Below are positions 9,186 through 19,134 of a stretch of 64,000 nucleotides of DNA, one piece after another (the stretch's first letter is position 1; the number at the start of each line of letters is the position of its first letter). The notes under the pieces are model-generated. The model did no database searches. It had not been told where the DNA came from and was given only the letters and a program-made list of their open reading frames with translations. This DNA comes from Longimicrobiales bacterium (GTDB lineage Bacteria; Gemmatimonadota; Gemmatimonadetes; Longimicrobiales; Gaopeijiaceae): contig JAWLHJ010000001.1 of assembly GCA_041690395.1 (NCBI GenBank), positions 736,001-800,000 of the forward strand, read 5' to 3'. Position numbers and translations under genes: made by a program.

Positions 9186-11002
9186 CGGCCCTGGCACGGG
9201 TGTCCGACGCCGGCCGCGTGTGGGCCGCCTCTATGGTCGTGGCGTGCGCGGTGGCCCTCGCCTGCCCCGTGGCCATCCTGGGCCAGGCGGCCGCTCAGAC
9301 CCCGGACCCCGAGGCACGTCCGGTGGCGGGCCTTACGCCCGAAGAGGCGGCGCTCCTCGCGGTGCCCGACACGGTAACCGGAAGCACGGGGAGCTTCCTC
9401 ACCGACGCGGTGCGCTTCGGCGGGCACGCCACGGTGAGCGGTGAGCTCTACCGGGCCGGGGGCATCGAGGCGCGCCGGCCGGGCTCCATCTGGCGCATGA
9501 ACAGCGGGGCCACCACATCCCTCTTCGGCGGCATGACCCTCCAGGCCGACGTGGTCGCTTCCACCGAGGGCGTCGACTTCCGGCAGGACGTGAACCAGCT
9601 GGGCCTGAGCCCGACCTGGGACTGGGGCGGCTTCTCGGTGGGCGACTTCGCCATGGACTACTCCCCCTACGTCCTCCAGGGCACGCGGGTGCGGGGCGGG
9701 GGCGTCATGGTGGACCCCGGCTCCTTCAGAGCCTCCGCGCAGGGTGGGCGCCTGCAGCGGGCCGAAGCTCCCTCCGACGCGCCCCATCAGGCGTACGACC
9801 GGAACATGGTGGCGGCCCGGGGCGGTGTCGGCGCGCTGGAGGGAAGCCACCTCAACGTCACGGTGCTCACGGCGTGGGACACCCCCAGCGACCGGGGCTT
9901 CATTCAGGTCGATACGCTGTTCCTGGACACCATCCCGGCGGACCTGCGCCCGGAGCTCGAGACCCGGCCGCAGGAGAGTCTGGTGGCCGCCGTGGATGCC
10001 GGCACGCAACTGTTCTCGGGCCGCTTCGACCTCAGGGGCGAGGTGGCCACGGCCCTGGTCACGCGGGACGTCGAGAGTTCCCTGGTGGACGACGCCGAGG
10101 GGCTCTCCGGGCCTGGAGCGCCCCTGGGCGACGTGGGCGACGTGCGGATCTCCACGACCCTGGATCACGCCTACCGGGGGGAAGCCCGCATGCGGGTGGG
10201 AGCGGGTACGCTGGACGGGCGGTACGAGCGAATCGGCGCGGGCTACGGATCCCTCGGCCTCCCCTACCTGGTGAACGACCTCCGCAACTGGCAGGTGGGC
10301 GGCGGTTACCCGTTCCTCCAGGGCCGGGTAGCGGTGCAGGGACGCTATCTGGATCAGACGAACAACGTGGAGAGCCAGCGCCGGAACACCGTGGACCGGC
10401 ACACCATGCAGCTCAACCTCGCCGTGCGCCCGCTGGACGACCTCACCACCACCGTGAGCGGGATGCGCGCCACCATGCGGAACGACGCCGTCCAGGAAGA
10501 CCATCGGCTGGATCACGTCACGTCGGCCGTCACCACCAGCGTGGGCCTTCGCCACGAGCTGCTGGGGTTGGCCTCCAACACGAGCGTCCAGTACGGCTTC
10601 CAGCTCACCGAGAGCGACGACGCGTGGATCGGGGCCTCCTGGATCGTGACCCACAGCGTGGGCCTCACCCACAGCGTCCGCTTCACGCCCGCGTTCTCCG
10701 TGGCGCCCTCGGTCTCGGCGGTGCTGACCCGCGGGACCGGGTTGGAGGAGCGGCGCAACCTCCGCCTGGGCTTCCGGGGGAACGGCCGCTTCCTGGACGA
10801 TCGCCTCCGCACCACCGCGTCCGTATCCCACGCCACCAGCCAGGGACGCGACGTCTTCGGGGCCCAGGGTCAGCTCTCGTACCCCGTGGTGTGGGGCACC
10901 GCGCTGTCCGCTCAGCTCCGTCACATGCGCTACACCGCTCTGGGCCAGCGTCCGGCGTTCGACGAGACGTTCGTCACCTTCGCCCTGTCCCGGAGCTTCT
11001 GA
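9182..11002 (+). CDS. Putative outer-membrane beta-barrel protein
   Basis: ATG 9182 overlaps the upstream stop. Signal peptide, amphipathic alternating beta-strands, and a C-terminal beta-signal-like end (FVTFALSRSF, terminal Phe). Confidence 0.7.
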   Translation: MTALARVSDAGRVWAASMVVACAVALACPVAILGQAAAQTPDPEARPVAGLTPEEAALLAVPDTVTGSTGSFLTDAVRFGGHATVSGELYRAGGIEARRPGSIWRMNSGATTSLFGGMTLQADVVASTEGVDFRQDVNQLGLSPTWDWGGFSVGDFAMDYSPYVLQGTRVRGGGVMVDPGSFRASAQGGRLQRAEAPSDAPHQAYDRNMVAARGGVGALEGSHLNVTVLTAWDTPSDRGFIQVDTLFLDTIPADLRPELETRPQESLVAAVDAGTQLFSGRFDLRGEVATALVTRDVESSLVDDAEGLSGPGAPLGDVGDVRISTTLDHAYRGEARMRVGAGTLDGRYERIGAGYGSLGLPYLVNDLRNWQVGGGYPFLQGRVAVQGRYLDQTNNVESQRRNTVDRHTMQLNLAVRPLDDLTTTVSGMRATMRNDAVQEDHRLDHVTSAVTTSVGLRHELLGLASNTSVQYGFQLTESDDAWIGASWIVTHSVGLTHSVRFTPAFSVAPSVSAVLTRGTGLEERRNLRLGFRGNGRFLDDRLRTTASVSHATSQGRDVFGAQGQLSYPVVWGTALSAQLRHMRYTALGQRPAFDETFVTFALSRSF

Positions 11003-11004
11003 GC

Positions 11005-14000
11005 ATGGGTCGCATGCGGACATTGGGTGGCCTCCGCGGCCGGCACGCTCTCCTGGGCACGGCGCTGGTGCTCCTCATGGCTTGCACCGAGTACCTCACC
11101 GAGCCAGGCGTCGATGCGGAGCCGCAGCCTCCGGTTCTCGCGGGAACCGCGCTGACTCCGGATTCCGTCCTCATCATCGATGCCGATGCCGTGGTCCAGG
11201 CCGTGGTGGAGGGACGGAGCGACGTGGGCATCGACTCAGTGGGTCTCGTGCTCACCAGCCCTTCAGGTACGGGCAAGGTGCGATGCGTCGTGGCGCAACC
11301 CGAGGAGGGCGACGTCTTCGACGGGCGGTGGCGCTGTCCGCTGACCCTCCCGCCGGGGTCGGAGTCGGGCCTGTGGGCTCCGGATTCCGTGGCCCTGTTC
11401 GGCACCGGGGATCCGGTGGCGACGCGGATATGGACCGCATCGGAGCTGGAGGACGCGGGGGTGCTCCCCCTCGTCCGGGTGGTGGGCACGCCGCCGGTAC
11501 CGACCACCTTGGACGTCGAGCCGGCCCTCGTGGCCCTCACCACCGCCGACACCGCCGTGACCCTCTCGGCGGTCGTGCTGAACCAGTACGGCGGGCTCAT
11601 GCCCGACGTCCCGCTGACGTGGACCAGCACCGACGAGGGCGTGGCCAGGGTGAGCGCCTCGGGCGTGGTGACGCCCGTGGGGCTCGGGAGCTCCGAGGTC
11701 GTGGTCGAGGTCGCCGGCCTGGAGGCCCGTGTCTCCGTCGAGGTCCCGCCCACCCCCGTGCTCGTGGTGTCGCCCACCCTCCTGGTCTTCGATGAGGTGG
11801 GCGCATCCGCGCCCATCCAGGCCGCGCTCACGGATCAGTTCGGCGACCCCACCCCGTTCACGCTCATCACGTTCCAGTCCGAAGATCCGACCGTGGCCGA
11901 CGTGGGTCCGGGTGGGACGGTAGTGGCCAACGGTCCGGGATCCACCTTCATCATGGTCCGCGCCGGAGACCTCGAGGCCAGGATCACCGTGACTGTCGGG
12001 GGAGGCGTGCTCACTCCTGGTCACCGGTGGATCAACCCCGATGGCGGAAGCTTCACCGACCCCGCCAACTGGAGCCGGGGCGAGGTCCCCGCCGCCCAGG
12101 ACACGGCGGTCATCGACCTGGAGGGCACCTACGAGATCCGGCTCAACGCCACCGCCGCGGTGGGCACGCTCCTGGCCGGCAACGGCGCCGGCACCGCCCG
12201 CCCCACGCTGGCGCTGCAGGACGGACGCCTGGCCGTGGGCGACACCGCCCACTTCGGTTCGGGCTCCACGCTGCACATCGAGTACGGCGCGCTCGAGGGG
12301 GCCGGGACCGTCGTGGTCGCCGATACGCTGCGCTGGTCCGGTGGGCTCCAGAGTGGCCCGGGCAGCACCGTGGTCACCGCCGACGGCGTCCTCCTCCTCA
12401 CCGGTGACGTGAAGCACGGCGACGGACGGAACATCGACCTCCAGGGCGTGGGCCGGTGGGACTCGGGGAAGATCAGCCTCCGGAACAGAGCCGAGCTCGC
12501 CGTCCGTGCGGGCGCCGAGCTCCGCGTGGAGGCGGGGGACACGCTGGAGTGGACGCCGGCCTCGGTTTCGGGGAGCCTCCTGGTGGAGGGGCATGTCGTC
12601 ACTTCGTTCAACTCCGGCGTCACCACCGTCACGGTGCCCATGGTGAACGACGGCGAGATCTGGATAGAGAACGGCGCGACCTGGCGCACCGTGAACAGCA
12701 CCGCCGTCTCGGGCTCCGGGCATTGGTGGATCGACACCGGCGCGCTCCTGGACCTGTCCAGCACATCCATGACCGTGTTCGGCGCCGGTGGGTCGGTTAC
12801 CGGAGGGGGCACGCTCCGGGCGGCGTCCGGCGTGGTGAGCGTCGAGGGAGGTCTGGACGTCGGACGCCTGGAGGCGCTGGCCAACACGCTGTCGTTGAGC
12901 TCCGGCGGACTCCTCGAGGTCGGCACGCTGGAGCAGACCGACGGCCGCATCTCGTTCTCCAACGGGACCGTGCTGAGGGTGGCCGACGCCTGGCAGTGGG
13001 GTGAGCGGGGGTTGGCCGGCGAGGGCACCCTCCACGTCGCGACCGGGGCGGTGGCCACCGTGTCCACGGCCAGCGTCTTCCGAGGCGTCGACGCCGGAGC
13101 CCAGGTCTTGGTGGACGGGACGTTGCGATGGACCACCGGGCAGATCGGCCTTCGCAACGGAGGTGACCTCCACGTCCGTGCGGGCGGGCTCATGGAGATC
13201 CTCGGGGACGTGAACATGACCTCGGTGAACACCCAGGGCCCCGATGACGAGCCGCTGTTCCTCAACGAGGGCTCGGTGCTCAAGAGCGGTGGGACGGGCA
13301 TCACCGTCATCGCCGCCGACGTGCGGAACCGCGGTGTCATGACCCTCGGAGCCGGGCGCATCCTCCACGCCGGCTCCGTCTGGCACGAGGCGGGGTCGGT
13401 CCTGCAGGGCACGGGTGTGTTCGACATCCAGCAGGCCGGCGAGGTGGCGTTCGACGGGCGCATGAACCCGGGACGTCTCCCCGATGTGTCGGTGGGCGAG
13501 CCCACGGCGGCGTTCCTCACGTTCGTAGGTGGCCCCCTCACGTTCGGGCCGGGCCACCGCCTGGACCTGCAGCTGTCGGGGACGGCCCTCACGGACCACG
13601 ACCGGGTTACCGTCGGCGGCGTCTTCACTGCAGGCGGTGAGCTGCGCATCACGGGATTCGGGGATTGGGTCCCCCAGACCGGGGAGCAGGTCACGATCAT
13701 GCAGTTCACCGGCCGCGCCGGCACTTTCGACGAGGTCACGGGCCTCGACTTCGGCGTGGCTCTGGGAGGCGTCCCGCTGGATACCGTATGGATGGCCGAC
13801 CGCCTGCTGCTGGTGGGCCAGGAGGCTCCCCCCACCGTCACCACGGGAGCACTCTACGGCGTGGACGCCAGCACCGACGCGCTGCACCTCATCGACCCGG
13901 TGGCGGGAACGAGTGTCCGCATCGGAACGACGCTCGGCGGGGCGGCGACTCCGGCCGGCATGGCCGTCGTACCGTCCACGTGGGAGATGCTGGTCTGGAG

Positions 14001-14556
14001 CAACACGCCCGCCCTCGAGCTCCTTTCGGTGGACGTCTGTACCGGCCTGGGCACTACACTCCAGACCTACTCGGGGCTGGATGCCGTGTCCGCCATCGCC
14101 TACCGGGCCGACGGATCCCTCTTCGGCTTCACGCAGGACGGCATGTTCAGGATCGACACCGACGCGCCGTCGAGACCCCTGACGTGGATCGACGAGACGC
14201 TCGGGATTCGCGTCGCGGGTGCGGACTTCACGCCGGACAACCGTCTCTACGGCGTGGAGCTCCGTATCGGCGCACCCATCCGCCTGGTGGAGCTCGACCC
14301 CGCCAACGGCGCCATCCTCCAGTCCATGGACATCCGGGACGCCGAGGGCACGCTCCTGGACGTCGGAGTCGCCGGCTCGTTGGCGTGGAACGCGGCCACC
14401 GGTCGCTTCCTGGCGTCCAGCACCCGCGGATTCGCGGGCATCGGGACCGCGCTCTTCGACCTGGGCACGAACGGCGTGGCGTACGATCCCCGTCCGTACG
14501 CCGGGGACGGGTCTCAGGGGATGGGCTTCCGGCCCGCCCCTACCTGCGGGGGATAG
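11005..14556 (+). CDS. Large surface lipoprotein (Ig-like Big_2 domains, beta-helix passenger-like region, C-terminal beta-propeller)
   Basis: Lipobox LLMAC; two Big_2-like units (WTSTDEGVARVSASGVVT, FQSEDPTVADVGPGGTV); WINPDGGSFTDPANWS..P motif typical of beta-helix adhesins; propeller-like C-terminus. Confidence 0.75.
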   Translation: MGRMRTLGGLRGRHALLGTALVLLMACTEYLTEPGVDAEPQPPVLAGTALTPDSVLIIDADAVVQAVVEGRSDVGIDSVGLVLTSPSGTGKVRCVVAQPEEGDVFDGRWRCPLTLPPGSESGLWAPDSVALFGTGDPVATRIWTASELEDAGVLPLVRVVGTPPVPTTLDVEPALVALTTADTAVTLSAVVLNQYGGLMPDVPLTWTSTDEGVARVSASGVVTPVGLGSSEVVVEVAGLEARVSVEVPPTPVLVVSPTLLVFDEVGASAPIQAALTDQFGDPTPFTLITFQSEDPTVADVGPGGTVVANGPGSTFIMVRAGDLEARITVTVGGGVLTPGHRWINPDGGSFTDPANWSRGEVPAAQDTAVIDLEGTYEIRLNATAAVGTLLAGNGAGTARPTLALQDGRLAVGDTAHFGSGSTLHIEYGALEGAGTVVVADTLRWSGGLQSGPGSTVVTADGVLLLTGDVKHGDGRNIDLQGVGRWDSGKISLRNRAELAVRAGAELRVEAGDTLEWTPASVSGSLLVEGHVVTSFNSGVTTVTVPMVNDGEIWIENGATWRTVNSTAVSGSGHWWIDTGALLDLSSTSMTVFGAGGSVTGGGTLRAASGVVSVEGGLDVGRLEALANTLSLSSGGLLEVGTLEQTDGRISFSNGTVLRVADAWQWGERGLAGEGTLHVATGAVATVSTASVFRGVDAGAQVLVDGTLRWTTGQIGLRNGGDLHVRAGGLMEILGDVNMTSVNTQGPDDEPLFLNEGSVLKSGGTGITVIAADVRNRGVMTLGAGRILHAGSVWHEAGSVLQGTGVFDIQQAGEVAFDGRMNPGRLPDVSVGEPTAAFLTFVGGPLTFGPGHRLDLQLSGTALTDHDRVTVGGVFTAGGELRITGFGDWVPQTGEQVTIMQFTGRAGTFDEVTGLDFGVALGGVPLDTVWMADRLLLVGQEAPPTVTTGALYGVDASTDALHLIDPVAGTSVRIGTTLGGAATPAGMAVVPSTWEMLVWSNTPALELLSVDVCTGLGTTLQTYSGLDAVSAIAYRADGSLFGFTQDGMFRIDTDAPSRPLTWIDETLGIRVAGADFTPDNRLYGVELRIGAPIRLVELDPANGAILQSMDIRDAEGTLLDVGVAGSLAWNAATGRFLASSTRGFAGIGTALFDLGTNGVAYDPRPYAGDGSQGMGFRPAPTCGG

Positions 14557-17242
14557 CCGCCAGCGCGTCGTCCACCTGGACCGTCAGCGGGTGCCTCTCC
14601 ATGCCCGCGCCCCGCAGCGCGGCGGCCTGGGCCTCCAGGAGCCCGCGCGCGTCTTCGGCCCGCCCCTGGGCTAGCCGGACCTCCGCCATGGCCAGGGTCC
14701 AGGCCACACGGCGGAGGTCCGTGGCCTCGTACGCCTCGCCGTAGATCTCGCCGGCCTGTTCCAGGAGCGCCTCGGCGCCTTCCACCTCGCCGAGCTCGAG
14801 GCGCACCCGGCCGAGCTCCTCCAGCATGACGGCGGTCATGCGGCTGGTCGGCCCGAACATGCCCAGGGTTCGGTCCAGCGCCCAACCGAGGGTGTCCTCG
14901 GCCGCGTCCAGGGCGCCCGCGGCGCGTAGCGTCCTTCCCAGCTGATACCGCGTCATGGGGATGATCATGTGGTCCTCCCCCAGCGCCCGGATGCGCACGT
15001 CGGTGACCTCGCGCTGGAGCTCCAGCGCCTCGTCGACGCGCCCGAGCTCCAGGTAGACCGATGCCAGCGTCTCCACTGCGTACGAAGTGGTGGCGTTGTC
15101 CCGCCCGAACATGGCCGCCGTGAGCTCGGCGGCGGCCTCGGCGGGCTCCGCGGCGTCGGCCCACCGGCCGGCCCGTACCCGCACGCTGGCCAGGTCCTCG
15201 TAGGCGTGGGCCACCGCCGGGGTGGCGTCGGGGTAGAGTGCCCGGGCCTGCTCCAGCTGGCGGAGGGCCAGGGCCTCGGTGGCGTCCACGTCCAGCTCCT
15301 GGAAGGAGAGGTGGAAGAGCCGGTCGAGCGCCATGAGGGTGAGGGGGGTGGGCGCTCCGTCCAGCACCTCGGCGTGGGGAAGCCACTCGGCCGTGACCTG
15401 CGCCCCGGCCTCGGCGTTCCCCTCCTGGAAATGGCCCTGGGACACGGCGGCCAGGTCGCGGATCCAGGCGGCGCCCAGGGTGTCGCCCCGGGCCCGCCGT
15501 CGGGCCACCAGGCCCTCCAGCAGGGCCCGACCGTCGGACGTGGCGGCGATCTGGACGCCGGCGTATCCCACCAGGCTCTCGATCTCGCGGAGGGTCTCCT
15601 CGGGGATGTCCACGGCCTCGGCGGCGAGTGGCGTGTCCCAGGGCTCGTTCTCGCCGACGCCCAGGGCCGCTTTGGCGAAGGTGATGGCCTCCCCGTACAG
15701 GTGGAGGTCTGCGTAGGCGCGGGTCACGGCCTCCACGAGTCGTCCACGGATGTCCGGCCGTGGCCACGATCCCTCGAGCACCCGTTCCGCACCCTGATCC
15801 AGCAGCGTCCGGACGGGCAGGTCCGCGCTCCCTCCGGCGTAGGGGTCGGCCCCGGAGAAGAGGCCGGCCAGGAAGTCCGTCACTGCTTCCGCCGTGGCGG
15901 CCTGGGCCCGCGCCGTGTTCCGCTCCCGCTCGAGGGCGGCGGCGTGCCGGTTCAGCGTGGCCACGTAAGCCCCGGCCGCCAGCACCGTCGCCGCCACCGC
16001 GGGGCCCACCCACCGGTGACGCCCCAGGAACTTCCGCGTGCGGTAGGCGACACTGGGAGGGCGGGCCTCCACGGGACGACCCGAGCGATATCGTCGCAGG
16101 TCTGCGCCCAGCGCGTCGGCGGACGGGTACCGGAGCTCGGCGTCCTCGGCCACCGCCTTCAGCATGATTCGCTCGAGGTCCCCGCCCAGAATCCGGACCA
16201 TCCGCGTGGGGGTCAGATTGCGAGCGCGGGCGAGCGCCTCCCGCTCGGCGGCCTCCATACGGCGGAGCGTCGTCGTGGGGCGCGCGACTTCGGAGTGCGG
16301 GGGCCTGCGCGGCCCTCGACCCCGGCCATCCTGCGCGAAGGGCGACGACCCGACCAGGAGCCGGTAGAGCAAGACGCCGAGCTGAAAGACGTCGGACGCC
16401 GTGGTGACGGGACGCCCGTCCAGCTGCTCGGGGCTGGCGTACTCGGGGGTCAGCACCCTCACTCCGGTACGCGTGGCGTGACCGGGGCTCGGCCAGGCCT
16501 GTGGATCCAGCAGCTTGGCGATCCCGAAATCCAGGAGCTTCGCCCGGCCGTCCGAGGTCACCAGGATGTTCGAGGCCTTCAAGTCACGGTGCACGACGAG
16601 GGAACGGTGCGCGTACGCCACCGCGTCGGCCACCTGGAGGAAGAGGTCGAGTCGGGCCTCGAGGGACAGTCGCTCCTCGTCGCAGTAGCGGATCAGGGAG
16701 CGTCCCTCCACCAGCTCCATCACCAGATAGGGCTGGCCGTCCTCGGTGGCGCCGCCATCGAGGATCCGCGCGATGTTGGGGTGGGCCAGCGCCGAGAGGA
16801 TCTCCCTCTCGGCCAGGAACCGGGCCACCACGTCGTCGGTGTCCATCCCCTTGCGGATCACCTTCACGGCCACGGCCTGCCGGAAGCCGCCGTCCACCCG
16901 CTCCCCGCGGTACACGGAGGCCATGCCGCCCCGCCCGACGTGCCCGGTGATCCTGTACGCGCCCACGGTCTGGCCGGTCCGGTCGAGCTCCGGAGGCCCG
17001 GAGACCCCCGAGCGCGCCATCGCCGCCTCCCAATCCCCGGTGGAGAGCGTATCGAGAGGGCGCTCCAGGAAGCCCGCGGAAGCCCGCTCCGCTCGGAGAA
17101 GCCGGAGCACCTCGTCCCGTTCGTCGGCCGTGGTGCCGGCCTCCCGCAGCGCGCCCTCCCACCGAGAAGGGTCGAGGTCGAGAAGGCTCTCGAAGAGTGC
17201 GTCGATGCGAGCCCAACGCCCGGCCCCGCCGTCCGCGCTCAA
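14540..17242 (-). CDS. Membrane Hanks-type Ser/Thr protein kinase with C-terminal TPR domain
   Basis: GRGGMASVY, VAVKVI, HRDLKASN, DFG and TPEYASPEQ motifs; TM segment WVGPAVAATVLAAGAYVA; TPR-like repeats. TTG start at 17242 overlaps the ECF stop (TTGA). Confidence 0.92.
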   Translation of the reverse strand: MSADGGAGRWARIDALFESLLDLDPSRWEGALREAGTTADERDEVLRLLRAERASAGFLERPLDTLSTGDWEAAMARSGVSGPPELDRTGQTVGAYRITGHVGRGGMASVYRGERVDGGFRQAVAVKVIRKGMDTDDVVARFLAEREILSALAHPNIARILDGGATEDGQPYLVMELVEGRSLIRYCDEERLSLEARLDLFLQVADAVAYAHRSLVVHRDLKASNILVTSDGRAKLLDFGIAKLLDPQAWPSPGHATRTGVRVLTPEYASPEQLDGRPVTTASDVFQLGVLLYRLLVGSSPFAQDGRGRGPRRPPHSEVARPTTTLRRMEAAEREALARARNLTPTRMVRILGGDLERIMLKAVAEDAELRYPSADALGADLRRYRSGRPVEARPPSVAYRTRKFLGRHRWVGPAVAATVLAAGAYVATLNRHAAALERERNTARAQAATAEAVTDFLAGLFSGADPYAGGSADLPVRTLLDQGAERVLEGSWPRPDIRGRLVEAVTRAYADLHLYGEAITFAKAALGVGENEPWDTPLAAEAVDIPEETLREIESLVGYAGVQIAATSDGRALLEGLVARRRARGDTLGAAWIRDLAAVSQGHFQEGNAEAGAQVTAEWLPHAEVLDGAPTPLTLMALDRLFHLSFQELDVDATEALALRQLEQARALYPDATPAVAHAYEDLASVRVRAGRWADAAEPAEAAAELTAAMFGRDNATTSYAVETLASVYLELGRVDEALELQREVTDVRIRALGEDHMIIPMTRYQLGRTLRAAGALDAAEDTLGWALDRTLGMFGPTSRMTAVMLEELGRVRLELGEVEGAEALLEQAGEIYGEAYEATDLRRVAWTLAMAEVRLAQGRAEDARGLLEAQAAALRGAGMERHPLTVQVDDALAAIPRR

Positions 17243-17820
17243 GGGCGGAGTGCGTCGTAGAGGTACGCGCGCGCCCTTCGCCAATCTCGGGTCGCCGTGC
17301 GCACCGAAACGCCCAGCGCCTCGGCTGTTTCCTCCATGCTCATCCCCCCGAAGAACCGGCACTCCACGATGCGCTCGAGTCGCTCGTCGTGGGCCGCGAG
17401 CCGCTCGAGGGCGTCGTTGAGCTCCAGCACGTCCACGAACTCCGGATCCTCGCCAGCCTCGGCTTCACCCAGCGAGATCGGAATGACACCCCCTCCTCGC
17501 TTCTCCGCCCTCTTCATGCGCGCGTAGTCGATGAGGATGTGCCGCATCACCCTACTGGCTACAGCGAAGAAATGGGTCCGGTCACGCCACGCTTGGCCGT
17601 CGCCCTCCACCAGGCGCACGTACGCCTCGTGCACGACCGCCGTCGTGTTGAGCGTGTGTCCCTGCTGCTCACCGGCAACGCGACCGCGGGCGATGGCGCG
17701 CAGGTCGTCGTAGACGAGGGGAATCAGCTGCCGCAGGGCGTCGTCGTCACCGTCCGCGAGGGCGGAGAGAAGCCGGGTGACCTCGTTCTCGTGCCGAGGG
17801 GGGTGCGGTGTGTCGGACAT
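17239..17820 (-). CDS. ECF sigma factor, kinase-associated (TIGR02999/ECF43-like)
   Basis: EVTRLL, LIPLVYDDLR, GHTLNTTAVVHEAY, MRHILIDYAR..AEKRGG, ECRFFGG, RDWRRAR; start ATG 17820. Confidence 0.92.
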   Translation of the reverse strand: MSDTPHPPRHENEVTRLLSALADGDDDALRQLIPLVYDDLRAIARGRVAGEQQGHTLNTTAVVHEAYVRLVEGDGQAWRDRTHFFAVASRVMRHILIDYARMKRAEKRGGGVIPISLGEAEAGEDPEFVDVLELNDALERLAAHDERLERIVECRFFGGMSMEETAEALGVSVRTATRDWRRARAYLYDALRP

Positions 17821-18019
17821 GGGCTGAGCGAGGGCGGAAGGGAGGCGGTAAGAGGCTACCCGCGGTGGTCGGATTTGAAAAGTCCCGACGGTCGGAGGGT
17901 CCCGGTCGGCCCCCGGGGAAGGATCCCGTGTGGAGCGCATGGGGTTATCGTTGAACGTCGTCCCCTACGATCGCCAACCGCATGCGCGGCCCTCGTGCCA
18001 CCGCCACCCGCCTGTATCG

Positions 18020-19087
18020 ATGACCCATGCCAAACCCGACCGCGCGAAAGTCGAGCGGTGGAATCGCATTCTCGAGCCCTACCGTGGGCCCGACACGCGC
18101 CGGAGTATCGTGCAGCTCTTCACGACGGCCGGTGGCTTCGCCCTGTTCTGGTCCGCGGCGTTTCAGAGCCTGCAGGTCGGCTACTGGCTGACGATTCTGC
18201 TTTCCGTCCCGGCCGCCGGCTTCCTCATGCGGCTCTTCATGATCCAGCACGACTGCGGGCATGGCTCGTTCTTCCACTCGCGTCGCGCGCGCGATTGGGT
18301 CGGGAGGGCCATCGGTGTCCTCCTGCTCACGCCGTACGACTACTGGAAGCGCACCCACGCTCATCACCACGCGCACTCGGGCGATCTCGACTTCCGGGGA
18401 TTCGGCGACATCCAGACCCACACCGTGGCCGAGTACATGTCGTGGCCGCGCGCCAAGCGACTCGGCTATCGCTTGTATCGCAATCCCCTGGTTCTTTTCG
18501 TCGTCGGACCGATCTATCAGTTCCTCGTCAAGCATCGATATCCAGCGGATATCCCACGGACCTGGAAGGCCGCGTGGCGAAGCGTCTGGTGGACGAACGC
18601 CGCCCTGGTGGGTATCGGCGTCCTCGTGTGGGCGACGATCGGGTTCGAGCGCTTCCTGCTCGTGCAGGCTCCGATCTGGCTGTTCGCCACGAGCGCCGGC
18701 ATCTGGCTGTTCTACGTGCAGCACCAGTTCGAGCATACCTACTGGGACCGGCACGATGCATGGGACTACTACGAGGCGTCGCTCTACGGGAGCTCTTATC
18801 TCGTCCTGCCGAAGCCGCTCCAGTGGCTCACGGCCAACATCGGCGTGCACCACGTGCACCATATGAGCCCGCGCATACCGAACTACCGCCTCCAGCAGGT
18901 CCACGACGAGAATCCGGAGTTCCACGTCGTCACCGAAGTGCGCCCGGCGGATACGCTGCATCTCCTCGGCCGCGCCCTGTGGGACGAAGAGGACCGGCGC
19001 CTGGTCAGCTTCCGCGAGCTCGGCCGCAAGCGGAGGCGGGCCCGGGTCGCGGTGCGCCGGCGGCGGCGAGCGGAGAAGGCTGCGTAG
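18020..19087 (+). CDS. Membrane fatty acid desaturase
   Basis: Three His boxes: HDCGH, HAHHH, HHVHH; RIPNYRL. Confidence 0.92.
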   Translation: MTHAKPDRAKVERWNRILEPYRGPDTRRSIVQLFTTAGGFALFWSAAFQSLQVGYWLTILLSVPAAGFLMRLFMIQHDCGHGSFFHSRRARDWVGRAIGVLLLTPYDYWKRTHAHHHAHSGDLDFRGFGDIQTHTVAEYMSWPRAKRLGYRLYRNPLVLFVVGPIYQFLVKHRYPADIPRTWKAAWRSVWWTNAALVGIGVLVWATIGFERFLLVQAPIWLFATSAGIWLFYVQHQFEHTYWDRHDAWDYYEASLYGSSYLVLPKPLQWLTANIGVHHVHHMSPRIPNYRLQQVHDENPEFHVVTEVRPADTLHLLGRALWDEEDRRLVSFRELGRKRRRARVAVRRRRRAEKAA

Positions 19088-19134
19088 GCGAGCCGCTCGG
19101 TGCGCAGCGGCACACGTCACGGTGTGCCCCGTAG

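Noticed and set aside
11263..13887. Long antisense ORFs (874 aa here; also 14969-17260, 8954-11023, 60285-62075)
   Set aside because: Shadow ORFs expected in high-GC DNA, with no motifs; only the last 23 codons of 60285-62075 are real (parD start).
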